Below are positions 15,000-30,438 of a stretch of 64,000 nucleotides of DNA, piece after piece (within the stretch, counting starts at the first letter, position 1; each line of letters opens with the position of its first letter). The notes under the pieces are model-generated. The model did not search any database, had not been told where the DNA came from, and saw only the letters and a list, made by a program, of their open reading frames with translations. Source of the stretch: the human T2T-CHM13v2.0 reference genome, Homo sapiens. The stretch lies in the NCBI RefSeq assembly GCF_009914755.1, contig NC_060931.1; one strand, 5' to 3'. Both the position numbers and the translations under genes were made by a program.

Positions 15000-15470
15000 C
15001 AGAGGAAAAAACCCAATGGGATAAATTTATTATATCTGTACATATATATATATATAAACAGATATCTAAGAAGAGATTTGTAATAAGGAATTGGCTTATG
15101 TGATTATGCAGACTGAAATGTCCCACAATCTGCTATGCCTAAGCTGTAAAACCAGGAAAGCTCCAATCCAAGTCCAAAGGCTTGAGAACTATTTTATAAG
15201 TTCTGGTCCAAGTACAAAAAGGCTTGAGAACCATTTTATAAGTTGTAGTCTAAGTTCAAAGGCCTAAGAACCAGAAGTGTCAATGGTGTAGGTTCCAGCT
15301 AGATGGAAGGCCTCAAAAGAGGCCTACTCACCCACAATAGAGAGGGCAATCTGCTTTACTCAGTCTACAGATTCAAATATCAATCTCATTTGGAAACACC
15401 CTCGCAGACACACCCAGAAATAATGTTCGGCCAAATATCTGCGTACCTTTTGAATCAGTAAAGTTGTGAA
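15000..15470 (-). mobile_element. MLT2 (ERVL) LTR
   Basis: aaggaattggct...gattatg and gagggcaatctgctttactcagtctac motifs typical of MLT2. Confidence 0.75.
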
Positions 15471-16061
15471 TAATATTCCATAATACCTAAAATTAACATA
15501 GGCAACACAATATTGACAGAAAAACAAACTGAAGGACTACTACCAACTTCAAGACTTACTATAAAGCTACAGTAATCAAGACAGTGTGGTAATGGTGAAA
15601 GAAAAGACAAATACATCAATGGAACACAATAGAGAGTGCAAAAATATACCTACAAAAATATGGTCAACAGATCTTTGAAAAAGGAGCAAAGGCAATACAA
15701 TGGAGAAAAAAGAAAATTTTTTCAACAAGTCATGCTAGAACTAGACATCCACATGCAAAAAAAGAAAAAAAGTAAATCTAGATATAGACCTTACACCTTT
15801 GACAAAAATTATCTTGAAATGCATCATAAATGCAAAATGCAAAACTATAAACTGTCTAAAAGGTAACATAGGAGAAAACCTAGATGGCATTGGGTATGGT
15901 GATGACTTTTTAGACATGACACCAAAGGCATGATCTGTAAAAGAAAAAATTGATAAGCTGAACGTCACTAAATTAAAATTTTTTGCTTTGTGAAAGACAT
16001 TGTCAAGAGAATGAAAAGAAAAGCCACAGACACTGAGAAAATATTTGCAAATCATACATAT

Positions 16062-16581
16062 CAGGGGTCCCCAACCCCCAGTACTGGTCCGTGACCTGTT
16101 AGGAACTGGGCTGCACAGCAGGAGGTAAGTGGCAGGTGAGTGAGTGAAGCTTCGTCTGTATTTACAGCTGTTCCCCATCGCTCGCATTACTGCCTAAGCT
16201 TTGCACCTTGTCAGATCAGTGACAGCACTAGATTCTCATAGAAGCACGAACCCTTATTGTGAAATGTGCATGTGAGGGATCTAGGCTGCACGCTCCTTAT
16301 GAGAATCTAAAGCCTGATGATCTGTCACTGTATCCCATATAACCCCCAGATGGGACTGGCTAATTGCAGGAAAACAAGCTCAGGGCTCTCACTGATTCTA
16401 CATTATGATGAGTTGTACAATTATTTCATTATATATTACAATGTACTAATAATAGAAATAAAGTGCACAATAAATGTAATGCACTTGAATCACCCCGAAA
16501 CCACCTGCTTCCACTCCAGTCAATGGAAAAATTGTCTTCCACAAAACCAGTCCCTAGTGCCAAAAAAGTTGAGGACTGCTG
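16062..16581 (+). mobile_element. MER1A (hAT-Charlie) non-autonomous DNA transposon
   Basis: caggggtccccaacccc ... aaaagttgaggactgctg termini, ~520 bp. Confidence 0.85.
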
Positions 16582-16985
16582 ACATATACAATGAAGAACT
16601 GTTATCTAAAATATAGAAAGAACTCTTAAAACTCTGTAAGAATGCAAATAAATTTAAAAACCAGGTAAAAGACCTGAACAGACATCTCATCAAAGAAGAT
16701 ACACAGAGTGGAAGCAACAAGAATGCTTATCAAGTGCTGATGAGAATGCAAAATGTTACACTTTTTACAGCAGCTTTATTCATAATTATCAAAACTTGGA
16801 AGCAACCAAGATACCCTTCCATAGGTGGATGGATAAACTGTGATACATCTAGACAACAGAGTATTATTCAGCAGTATAAAGAAATGAGATATCAAGCCAT
16901 AAAAAGACACAGAAGAACCTTAAATGCTAATTACTAAGTAAAAGAAGCCAATCAGAAAAAGCTACAAACTTTATAATTCCAACTA

Positions 16986-17388
<403 letters not shown>

Positions 17389-17952
17389 AGTTGGTGGTTG
17401 CAGATGGGTGAAAAGGCCGGCACAAAGGATTTTTAGGGCAGTTAAACTATTCTGTATAATACTATAATGGAGGATACATGTCATTATACATTTTTCAAAA
17501 ACCATAGAATGTACAACATCAAGAATGAACCCTATGGTAAACTATGGACTTTGGGTGATAATGATCTATCAGTATAAGTTTAACAACTCTAACAAATGTA
17601 CCACTCTAGTGCTGGATGTTGACAGTGGGGGAGGCTATGCATGTTTGGGATGGAGTGGTTGTATATGGGAACTTTCTGTACTTTCTGGTCAATTTTATTG
17701 TGGGTTTCTGGTCAATTGTGTTGTAAACCCACTGCTCTAAAAAATAAAGTCTACTTAAAAGAGAAAACAAACCAACCTTGGGATAAATATATCATGTATC
17801 TCCTGATGTATTAAACTGAGAGGGACACAACATCACCTATGCAAAACTCTTGCTAACAATACACTTAACTTATATCTAATCACAAATAAACTACACATAT
17901 CCAAATTGAGAGGCAATCTATAAAATGTTGACTTTTAAAAAATGGCCGCATA

Positions 17953-18247
17953 GGCCAGGCACAGTGGCTCATGCCTGTAATCCCAGCACTTTGGGAGGCC
18001 GAGGCAGGCAGATCACCTGAGGTCAGGAGTTCAAGACCCGCCTGACCAACATAGTAAAACCCCGCCTCTTCTAAAATATAAAAATTAGCTGGGTGTAGTG
18101 GCAGGTGCCTGTAATCCCAGCTACTCGGGAGGCTGAGGCAGGAGAATTGCTTAACCCTGGAAGTGGAGGCTGCAGTGAGCCCAGATCGTATCACTGCACT
18201 CCAGCCTGGGTAACAACAGCGAAACTGTCTCAAAACAAAAAAAAAAA
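17953..18247 (+). mobile_element. AluS-type SINE
   Basis: Alu dimer with A tail. Confidence 0.93.
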
Positions 18248-19767
18248 GTCGTATCATAAAAAGACAAAAAAGAAAAGAAAAAAATGATGAATTTTTCTAG
18301 ATTAAAGACCAAAAAGGCTTCACAACTAAGTGCAATGAGTTATCCCTGATGGGATCCTGGATTGAAAAAAAAAAAAATACAGGTATAAAGGACACTATTG
18401 TGAAAATTGGGGAAATTTGATTATGGATTACATTATTAGTTAGCATCACATTAATGCTAAATTTCTGGAGTGTGATAGTTGTATTATGATTACGTAGAAG
18501 AATGTTCTTACATGATACACACTGAAGTATTCAGGAATAAAAGTCTGGTAATTTCTGTAACTGACTCTCAAAAGGTTCAGCAGAGAGCAAGAGAGAAAAA
18601 GGACCCAGAGGAGAAAGAGGAACAAGATACAAAAGTAAGACTAAGTAGAGTAACATTTTTTCAGAAGCTGAAGGAAAGAAAGTGTGAGTCAAGGATTTTC
18701 TATCCATCCAAACTACGTATCTTGTAACAAAATTATACAAAACCAGTTTGTAAGATGGGTGAACTCAGAGAACATCATAATTCCAAGTTGTTTTTAAAAA
18801 ATCTACTGGAAGATAAACTTCATCTATGAGATGATTAAGAAATGTTGGTGAAGAAGTAGGGAATAAAAAGCATTAAATCACTTAAAAAAAAAAGCGGGTA
18901 CTTTAAAATGCTAAAGGCATTCAATTCACTTCAATTCCCAGTGAAGATATAACTATTATAAATAGTTATGTATCACTTATCATAGCAGCCATCTTTACAA
19001 AGAAGAAATTCCATGAGATGTATGGAGAAACAGACAAACACCAACAACAGGGACTTTCCACTTTCAATCAAGAGAATGAAAAGGTTACAGAAGCCCTAAA
19101 AAACATAATAAAGTTTACCTTATTGCTAGAAGATGAACTCTGCATTCAGAGAGAATAGCTTCTTTTTAATTATACATGGAATAGTCACAAAAATTACCAT
19201 ATATGTGTATTAAGTCATGAAGAAAACCATAGTAAAAACCATAATGAAAAAATACAGACAAAATTATACAATTGCAATGCAATAAAATGAGAATTAACCA
19301 AAAACAAGAAATCCATTCTATCTGCTATTTTTTAAAAAAGTAAAAAAGTAAATAACTTGGGTCAGAGGGCAAATACTAATAAAATCACAGAATATCTAAA
19401 AATAATTAATGAAAGCATTACAAGTCAGAAGCTAAGGAATGCAACTAAAATAGCAATCTGATGAAAATTGAGATGCTTTAATGCTTATATCAATACAAAC
19501 AAAAGAAGAAAATCAAATGAAATAAACATGGAACTCAAGGGATTAGAAAATGAAGCAAAAGAAAGGAAGAGTGCCAACAAATACACAAAAACTTGTGCAA
19601 CTTTTTTCTAGAAAAATACACCAAATATATAGAATAGAAAAATTTCTTAAACTTGACTCGGTAGAAATAAAAAGTTTAAACAAAACAAAAATCCAAAGAT
19701 GAAATAGTTATCAGAGTTAATCTTACCAAAAAGCACCAGTACAAGCCTTCAAAAACCAGATAACCCC

Positions 19768-20312
19768 TGTATTAATCATGTTTTTTACTTTATCTTTCAT
19801 ATTTTGATATTTTGGGAGGGGTGTTGGAGGGTGTGCTTATACATCCAGAGAGAGACTGCCCCTCTCAGGACCAGCTAATTCCTTAAGGTGGTAAACTTAC
19901 TTGGGAAAACATTTCTCATATGCAAGCCAACCGCTATCTAACTTTTACACATAGACCATTAATTCCCCACTACTAAATCAACTCAAGACCATATACCAGA
20001 CAACAACGGACAGCCTCTAGTCCCCAAAGCCTACTGAAATTATTCAACCTAGCCAATCCTAAACCGTTTACTCTGCCCTGCCTTGGCTTTTCCATAAAAA
20101 GGTCAATAACAGCTCTGGTCTAGGATTTCCTTTAGCTCCTGCTTCTGACTCCTGACAAAATCTGGTGCTTCCTTTATAGCCCTGCATGGTGCAGTATGTC
20201 CCCTTCTCTCAGGAAATATAAGTAATAAATAATTATTTCAATGGCATTGATCACTCCATGTTTTCCCTCAGTCACCTCTATAAATTAAAATTCCACTGAT
20301 ACATGTGAGACA
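19768..20312 (+). mobile_element. solo LTR (MER34/MER39-like; family uncertain)
   Basis: TG...CA ends, exact 5-bp TSD acccc (19763-19767 / 20313-20317), internal AATAAA. Confidence 0.7.
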
Positions 20313-21021
20313 ACCCCAAAAGTACTTAAACTGTTCCAAACCATAGAAACAAAAACATTTTTCCAAATTCATTTTCAGGGAGCAAAATTACAATAATACT
20401 TATCTGATCTCATAAAGACTACAAAAATAAAGGCCAATATCACTTATAAATATGAATAAAAATATGAAATTAAATTTTAACAAACAGAATTAAATATGAC
20501 CAAGTGATATGTATTTCAGGAATGCAAGGATGGTTCAGCATAAGAAAATCCACTAATATAATTCACTATATTCATAAATCTAAGAAGAAAACACATTTAT
20601 TCTTCTCCATAGATGTTGAAAGGTCATTCAACAAAATTCAAACCCATTCCTAATATAAACACTCAATAAAATACAAGTTGGCAAACACTTCCTTAATATT
20701 AGAAATATATATATATACACACATCAGCCAAAAAGCCAGCAACTTAATGAAAATACACCACATACATTACTGCAAAATGAATAAAGCACAGCTACGTAAT
20801 AGACAAGAGAAAAAGATTTAGTCAAATGAATAAGAGAGGAAGAAATAAAACTTTGTGTATTTATAGATGACATAACAGATACACCTTGACAACCCAAGAG
20901 AATCAATCATAAACTCATATAAACAGAAAGAAAATTCATTAAAATGGTAGGATGTAAAACATTAAAAAATGAAAATCATCCATATATATATGTACACACA
21001 CAACAATATCCTGTTAGAATA

Positions 21022-21320
21022 TAGTCATGTGTTGCTTAACAATGGGGATATGTCCCAAGAAGTGCATCATTAAGGTGACTTCATTATTGTGAAATCACCC
21101 AAGTATACTTAAATCTAGATGGTATAGCCTACTACACATCTACAGCATGTTACCATACTGAATACTGTAGGCCACTGTAACACAATTGTTAAGTATTTGT
21201 GTATCTAAACATAGAAAAGGTATAGTAAAAGTACAATATTATAATCTTATGGGACTACCATTGTATGTAGTCCATATATTTCCACTGTTGATGGAGATGT
21301 CATTATGCAGTGCATAGCTG
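21022..21320 (-). mobile_element. Tigger3a-like non-autonomous element
   Basis: agtcatgtgttgcttaac...ctagatggtatagcctactacaca...tataatcttatgggac. Confidence 0.8.
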
Positions 21321-21464
21321 TATAAACAGAAGGGAAGGGGACATTTACAACAGCAATAAAAATGACAAAATACCTAGGAGTAAGCACAACAAGAAATGTG
21401 CATAATCACTATACAGAAAACCTTAAAACACTACTTTGCAAAGTAGTCTGCTACTTTTGACTAA

Positions 21465-21791
<327 letters not shown>

Positions 21792-22764
21792 GACGTATCT
21801 TTTTAATGGATAGGATGACTCAACATTATTGAGATATCTGTTGTTCCCAATTTATGAAAAATTAATGTAATCTCAATAAAAGTAATTTTTAAAATGTAGT
21901 TGGACCAGTTGATCCTAAAGTACATGTGGAAAAAAGCAAAAGCAAGAAAAACCAAGAAAACCCTGAAAAAGAATAGTGTGAGATGGGGGTATGGAGAGAA
22001 GACACTACAGAACAGCATTGTAAGTCTTTATGATTAAAATAGTGATAGTAGGCATGGATCAATGATATACACAATGGAATATGACAGAAAAGCTAAAACA
22101 AAACCAACTATATGGGAAAACTTAGTACATCATGTAAGTGTCATATCAAATTACTGAAGAAAAGGTAAAGTTTTTAATAAATGTTGGGGAAATGGATAAC
22201 TTTGGTAGAAAAAAAATTAGATCAATACTTCACAAGAAAGACCAAATTTGACTTTTAAACAGGTCAGAGATTTAATGTAATAAATGAGAAATCCCCTAAG
22301 TACTAGAAGAAAACATGAGTGAATAACAAATTGTTATTTGAATTCCTACAGTCTGGTAATTAGGAAAGCTTTTCTAAGACAATAAAAATCTGGAAGCAAT
22401 AAAACAGAAGACTGATACATCTAACTACACAAAAGCAAAAACTTTCTGTATGGCAAAAGATATAGTCAAAGACAAAGGGCACAAATATTTATAAATGATA
22501 TAAAGAGCTCCAAAAAAATCAAGAAAAATTAGAGACCAAAAGTCAACAGAAAAAAAAAACTATCAAAAACATGATCACATAATTCACAGGAAAAAAAGGC
22601 AAATGACTCCTAAATATATAAAAAGGTACTTTACCTCATTCATAAGAGAAATGTAAAATAAACTCAAGCTAGAGATACCAATTCCAATCTATCGGAGAAA
22701 AATTCAATAGCTGAGCCACATACTATGTTGGTGAAGTTATAGAGAAATGGGTATTCTTACTTAC

Positions 22765-22799
<35 letters not shown>

Positions 22800-23034
22800 T
22801 TTGCTGGTGAAACTGCAAAATGATATAACCTCTACACAGGGCAATTTGGCAGCACATCTAATAAAATCACATATGCATTTAATCTCCATTCCTGCAATTC
22901 CACACCTAGGAATCTACAAATATACAATGACAAAAATACAAAATGCACACACACAAGGTTATTCATTACAGCACTATTTGTAGTAGCAAAAGCTTGTAAA
23001 CAAGTCATGAAAATGAGGAATATATCTGTATACC

Positions 23035-23497
23035 TGTGATGGTTAATTTTAGGTATCAATTGTCAAACATTATCTTAGGTGTTTCTTTGAGGGTGTTTTT
23101 GGATGATATTAACATTTACATTGGTAGACTAAATAAAGCAGACTGCCTTTCCTTAATGTGAGTGGGCCTCATTCAGTCAGTTGATGCCTGAATAGAACAA
23201 AAAAGCTGACTCTCTCATGAATAATTAAAGAGAATTCCTCCTGCCTGACTGCCTTTGAACTGGGACACCAGCTTTTTCCTGCCTTCAGACTCGAAGTGGG
23301 TCTAGAGGCTGCTGGCCTTTAGACTGGATCTATACCTTCAGCACTCATGGATTGCCACCTTGCCCACTCACCTTGCAGATCTTAGGAGTTGTCAAACTCG
23401 ATAATCATATGCATTAATTCTTTATAACAAATCTTACTATACACACAAACAGACACATCCTATTGCTTCTGTTTCTCTGAAGACTCCTGACCAATAC
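23035..23497 (+). mobile_element. MLT2 (ERVL) LTR
   Basis: Begins tgtgatggttaatttt; ends tcctattgcttctgtttctctgaaga... Confidence 0.8.
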
Positions 23498-23700
23498 CAA
23501 ATACAGTAATTCTCATATTAAGTAAAAAAGAAAGGTACAGAGTATATAACAGTATACAACACACTACCACCTACAGGGATAAGAAAGGGTGGATATATGT
23601 ACATATGCATATGTACATGGATATGAATTTGTTTATTTTTGCAAAAACAAACACTGGTAGGATAAAAACAAAACAAATGAAAATGGTTACCCATAGGAGG

Positions 23701-24265
23701 TGTTACCCGGTGTAATGCCTATATGACAGTTGAATTCTGATCCTGCCCCAACTCTGCTTACCTTTAAGAAACAGGATACCTGTAATAAAAAGTTCCCTTT
23801 GAAATAACGAGACCGGGTGAGACTGGTTAGAACCAAGATAGCTGACATAATGAAAAGACCTCACGTTTCATTATAATCTCATTTCCATGCTAAATGAAAT
23901 GGTACTCCCACCAGTTCCATGACAGTTGGCAAATGACCGTAACAACTGCAAGAAGCCATAAAAGGACAAAAAGGATGGTGGCACTCCAGTTCTAGAAAGT
24001 TCACTGCCCATTTCTAGAAAAGACATGAATATTAATCCTCTTGCTTTTAATGTCCAATGCCTTCATTAGAAAACCCTATATTTTAACCCCCCAGCCTATC
24101 ACTAGTGGAGAAGTTGAATTATGAGCCATGCTCCTGCTTCTCAATTCCATGGCCATCAAATAAAGCCTGCACTGCTTGATACTCACTTCTGGTTTTGTGT
24201 ACTGGTTTTGTGACAATGAACAGGGAAAGACCCCATCTTTTGGGAAACCAGCTTTGTTGGTAACA
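23701..24265 (+). mobile_element. ERV1-class solo LTR
   Basis: Inverted termini TGTTAC...GTAACA, exact 4-bp TSD gagg, AATAAA near 24160. Confidence 0.8.
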
Positions 24266-27200
24266 GAGGCAGGTGTAAATGAAGAAAATAAAAGGGAGTC
24301 TTTTTTGAGTATATCTTTTTATAAGGTTTGACTTTTGAACCATGTAAATGTTTTATATTCTCCAAAATTAAAATAACAATAAAAAACGCCCCAAACTGAA
24401 AATTAAGTGAAATCAACTGTATAGCAAATTGGTATTACAACCATACAGAAAATAACTGTTTCAAGCAACTTTTAAGCATATATTCTGATCCTTGGTGGGA
24501 TATGTTCTAAAGACAAAAGAACTGCAAAGAAATCTTACATTTCAGTTATTTTATTTTTAGAAAATCAGTATTGCAATTTTTAAATCATTTTATGTAAATT
24601 GTAGGAAAAGGCTAATGTATTAATGTAATTCAGAACCAAGTCCTTCGGTGTAACAGAAGAGAAATAAAAAACAGATAAGTTAAGCAAAAATAAATATAAA
24701 TATAAAACAAAGTTGTTAAGCAAAAATCTTATAATATTAAACTGGAGTGGAAAATATCAATTAGGAATTTGATTGAATATTTATATATAACACTATATAA
24801 TATTATATTATATATTTTTCTAATTCTCTTTACCAAAAAGATGCAGAATAAAGCACACCCTGTGCACATCTAGTATCCACATGTTACTTTTCAAATGCCA
24901 TTTCCCACTAAATGAAACTAGGACTCCCTGAAGAAACAGTCTGATGCCAGGTCTCGACGAGGGGAAGCAAAGACTCATCTTTGTACTACAGAGCAAGAAA
25001 GTGCTCACAGGTGACGTAAAACACAGAAGTAAACTTTGACTGGGCTCCTGCTGCCTAATATGAAATTATTTGAACACCCCACCCCCCAAAAAAAGACTAA
25101 TAATGAAAAATGGAATAAATAAAAATCCAAGATGTTACTGTGACAGTCCAAAAAAATAAACCCCACAACCCCGTTGTCCTAACTGTAATTGACTATTATA
25201 CCAATTGCTTTCGTGAAAATTGGTAATTAAACAGAATTACATATTTTTTAATCTGATTTTCTGGATAACATGTAATCATCATTCACCATTTATAAAGGAA
25301 AATTCTTTTATTTACAAAAGAATGCCAGCTAATAAATGTCAAGAAATAATACAATTTTAAAAATAATTGTTTTGTAACCCCAAATATTATTTAATAAATG
25401 GAAGTAAAACTGTTTGTTGAAAGACTGTTAGGAAAGAGGATTGATCCACAAGCCAAAATATCACTGTACATATTACTTAATTATAAAGGGATAACATAAG
25501 TTTACAATGGAAAGATTGAGTAGATACCACCTTAACCAAATGATAACATTTAGTATCTCTAATGGCGGTACACCTCACAACAAAAACCTACTAATATGAC
25601 ACAAAATGATGTATGAAGCTTCATCTAATAGATATTTTTGCAAAAATATCTGACCTGAATCAATCCTTTAGACCCAACTTTCAGTTTACAGGAAATAAAT
25701 GAGATTGAGGAAATAAATAATTGGTACCATGAGAAAACAATCAGATAATCCTGCATGTAGAACACAAAACTAGTTTGGAATTAGGATACAGATTATCAGA
25801 ACAGCTCATATGATACAATTTAAAAAACAACGTATTAAAAAGAAATCATGAGAGATGAGAATGCAAAGGGGTCTAAAGGAAATAAATTACAGACAAGCAC
25901 AAGTCCTTCCAAAATGAGAAGGGATCACAGGCACTGGGGAATTTGCTGAAATGGTACCTGGGCTGCAGAGAATCAAGCCTTCCAGGGTAGAAATACTCTG
26001 CTGGATTAAAGGGAAATGGCAGAGCTTTTAACAACTGCTTGGCTGTGTGACAGATTGATATCTTTAAGAAACTCAAATGTAGAGATAATTCTCCCCATTC
26101 TCCTCCTGATTCCCTCCACAGGTCTATTTATGAGTATGTGAAGGCAGCAACAGCACTGGTGGCTGCGAGTGGAACTAAAAAGCAGAAAAACATTAGGCTT
26201 ATGTCCTGCAAGAGAGTTGCACCTGTAATACTCACAGAACAGGATTCATTCACTATCAAAGCACTTGAGACCAGAAGTGAATTGAAACCACCTAAAGAGG
26301 TCATCCAGCTCCAATACAGCTCAACTCCTGATGGTATCAAAGTGTTCAGTCTTTCATTCTAGCTGCCTTTCAGAGCAAAAAAAGCATGTCTCTCTGGAGA
26401 AAAAGGGTATTTATGCCAATCTCTTCTAAACACAATGCCAGTATAAAAACAGAATTATCACACATAAAGCAGGAAAAAATGACCCATAACCAAAAGAAAA
26501 AATAGCCAAAAGAAACAGACCCACAGATAAGACATGTTAGAATAAGCAGACAAAAACTTTAAAATAACTATTTTAAATTTATTTTTTTAAAATAGAGAAA
26601 AAGACAACCCAAATGGACAAAAACAGAGAACTTCAACAGAAAAATTAAATCTCTAAAAAGCCAAGTAACTATTATAGAAAAACTGGGAAAAATGGTATCT
26701 TAAAAACATCTTTACTGGTTAATGATAGATAAAAAAGCCAAGAAAGAAAAATCAGTAAAGATATATAGAATACTTGAACAACACTATTAACCAGCTTGAA
26801 CCAACAATTGCAAAATGCAGAATGTGGGATATTCTACAAATTAACTGACATTTGTCTAAAAACTCAATGTTATGAAACAAACAAACAAAAAAACCAAGAA
26901 CCTAAAGAATTGTAACCACCAAATGCAATGTATGAGACTTGATTGGATTTAGAAAAAAATACATATATATATAAATTTTAAAATATATTTTGAAGACAGA
27001 AAAATCTGAACTTATGAACTAAGTATTTTAGAAAATTAGATTACTGTTAACTGTCTTAATATGATGACGGTGTTGTGGTTATGTAGAAAAATTTCCTAAT
27101 TCTTAGGAGATGTGTGCTAATAGATTTAGGGATAAAATGTAATGTTATCTGTAATTTACCTTCAAATAGTTCAGGAAATAGTGTGTTTATAGTATATATT

Positions 27201-27639
27201 TCTCTGTATTTAAAGAGCTAAAAAAGGCAAATTCCTTTATTGAAGGTATAGCTATACCTGTATATTGCATTTTTTTCTCTGGCTTTTAATGATTCATATT
27301 ACATATAAAATTTTATTATTCTGTCCTTGGCAGGATAATGTCAGTAAGGCTTACCTCATATAACATATTCCCATAAGTTTTAAGTATAACAAGAAGCAAA
27401 CTTTTGTCCAACCCTTTTTAAAGCCCACTTTAGCTTTCAAACTGACATGCTTTTAGAATTATCAAAAAGAGAAAAAAACTGCATATAGCTCATAATTATA
27501 TATAACTCAAGTTTCAAAACACAATATTGTTTCAAAGTCTTTTCCCCAAACCTAGTTTTATGTTTAAAGATGTTACATAACTTCTCTTAGTATTACTTCT
27601 GATAGTAAAAAAAAAAATAAAGAAATTTAACCATATCTT

Positions 27640-27907
27640 GCCACTGTTCTTTTTTTAACAGTATGACCTAAATTCCTAATGATTTTTCATCAGTTTACAT
27701 AAAAAATGACCTCATGTGATAATATAACGATTGATAAAACAAAAATCCAAGGAAAAAGGAAGAAGACTGAAGTTTGAGGCAGATTCATTGTTCAAGTAGA
27801 AGGTGAAAGCAATTGCTCCAATAAGAATACTACCTATCAAAGTTCATTTAAGAGATACAGTTTGAGGGCCTGCCTGCTGTACTGTAATAGTAATTTAAAA
27901 GCACTAC
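27640..27907 (+). repeat. direct duplication copy A (partner 39745-40019)
   Basis: Manual alignment: 19 mismatches in a gapless 120-nt core, and a 42-nt block with 1 mismatch. Confidence 0.9.
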
Positions 27908-28329
27908 GCTAAAATCCAACAATGATGGTCTTAAACAGCAATAGTACTGATTTCCTGACTTTCTGTTACAGGGGAACTATTTGGTTCAGTAGTATGCCTC
28001 ATTTTGTGTTTCTTAACTTGAGGGAGAAAATGTATATTCTGTAAAACAGTCAGATTTATAACCATCTTCTCTCTAGAAATGCAAATAAAAACATTTAACC
28101 CCAACCATCCCATCTCCTATTATTTTGGCACCTTTCTTTAGTTCCTTAACTCCATTATTCTTTGACTCCACAATCCACTGATGGTACCACTTTCTAACTA
28201 TACCTTATATTTTCAATTCCCTTACATATCATAATCACTAAAATGTGTGCCCCATCACCTCCCTGGCTCCTCTGAGTCATTACACTTATTTGAGCATTAA
28301 TCCTAGTACACTGTCCTGTCAACTCACTA

Positions 28330-29050
28330 TCTCATTCACCAACTGTTTAACTATAATTTCGTGCCATGATTATTGAAGTAGTTTTCTAACTGGGTTCCCT
28401 TACTGACACCCTTGCCCTTCCTATAGTCTGTTCTTAACACAGAAATTAATTCTTAAGAATTCTTGACATCTTGCAAAAGGTTAATAAAATCCTGTCACTT
28501 CTTTTGTCAAAACAGCCATATGACTTCCCATGTCAGAGTAAAAATCAATGTCTTAAAATGGCCCACAAGACCCTACAAAATCTAGCTGTTCATTGCCTTA
28601 TTTTCTACCTCTCTCCCTCTGTCATTTTGCTCTGGCCACACTGGTCTCCTGGCTGTTTCTGAAACATGCCAGCATGCCTCTTCTTCAAGGTCTTCAGACT
28701 TGGTAGGGCTGGCTTACTGTCTCATTTCCTTTATATCATTGGCACACATCACAACAGTGAAACCCTCTTCCCCTACCTTACTTAAAATTGTTTTAGTTTT
28801 CCTTGCTTTATTTTTCTCATGGTGCTCACCACTGTCTGCACTAGTGTAAATTTAACCAACATATTGTTTCCGGCCACTCACCCCAACTAGCACGTAAGCT
28901 CTATGAGAGCAAGGATTTTGTGAGTTTTATTGTACTCCTAGTGCCTATAATATGACTGGTACAAAGTAGACAATCACTAAATATTATTTATTAAATAAAA
29001 GAACTAAGTTAAATACATATTTTTCTCTGAATTATTTGTTGAATGAATGA
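28330..29050 (+). mobile_element. L2 LINE 3' remnant
   Basis: gtaagctctatgagagcaagga...tagtgcct and terminal ttgttgaatgaatgaa. Confidence 0.7.
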
Positions 29051-29186
29051 AATATGCATTATTACAGTTTTAAAATGAGATGTAAAAATTTTTGAATAAA
29101 AATGGAAAGAAAATGTAAACCAGAAGTTATCATAAACTTACTGTCCATGAGAAAGACAATGCTTTATTTTTGGGAATTCATGTTTA

Positions 29187-29339
29187 TTTATTTAGCCTCT
29201 AGTTTTTTTTTTTTTTTTTTTGGTCCAGGGTTACTTTTGCAGGTTTGTTATATAGGTAAATTGCACGTCACAGGGGTTTGGTATATAGATTATTTCACCA
29301 CCGGGGCAATAAGCATAGTACCCAATCGGGAGTTTTTCA
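29187..29339 (-). mobile_element. 153-bp 5'-truncated L1PA 3' end
   Basis: Exact 15-bp TSD gggaattcatgttta (29172-29186 / 29340-29354); L1 3'UTR text plus poly-A on the minus strand. Confidence 0.85.
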
Positions 29340-29885
29340 GGGAATTCATGTTTAAGTTTAGTCAATATACTTATCCTTTCTTATAATTTTACCACATTAA
29401 GAGAACTAGTATAAGCATTAATTCATTTTCTGATATTTTTAGCATTAGAATCAATATCATGAGAAAATAAACATTATCCAAAGTCAATATAAATGCTGGA
29501 ATACCCTGAACCGTACATCAAAAATTCAAGATTTAAAAAATTTTAAGATGTTTTAAGACTTTATAGAACTCACTTTTACTTGAATCTAAATAATTATCTA
29601 AAGAAATTTTTATACCATAATTTATTAATGAGTCAAGTATTAAATCATTATATTTAAATGTATTGTATGTATTAAATGCATTTAAAGCCATATTTTTTAA
29701 AAGTTAAAACAAAACAAGTGTGTCAAAAGCATTTTTATTTAAAAAGGTGAATGAAACAGACCTAGGGAAAGTGAAGCAAAAGGGAGAAAAGTTGTTTTAA
29801 AAGACATGATCTCTTTCACAGTATTTCTGGTATTCTATTTTGGCACTATGAATTATACACAGCATCACTTAGATTTAAGAGTTTT

Positions 29886-30211
<326 letters not shown>

Positions 30212-30231
30212 TTAATTCATAAAAGTACTTA

Positions 30232-30438
<207 letters not shown>

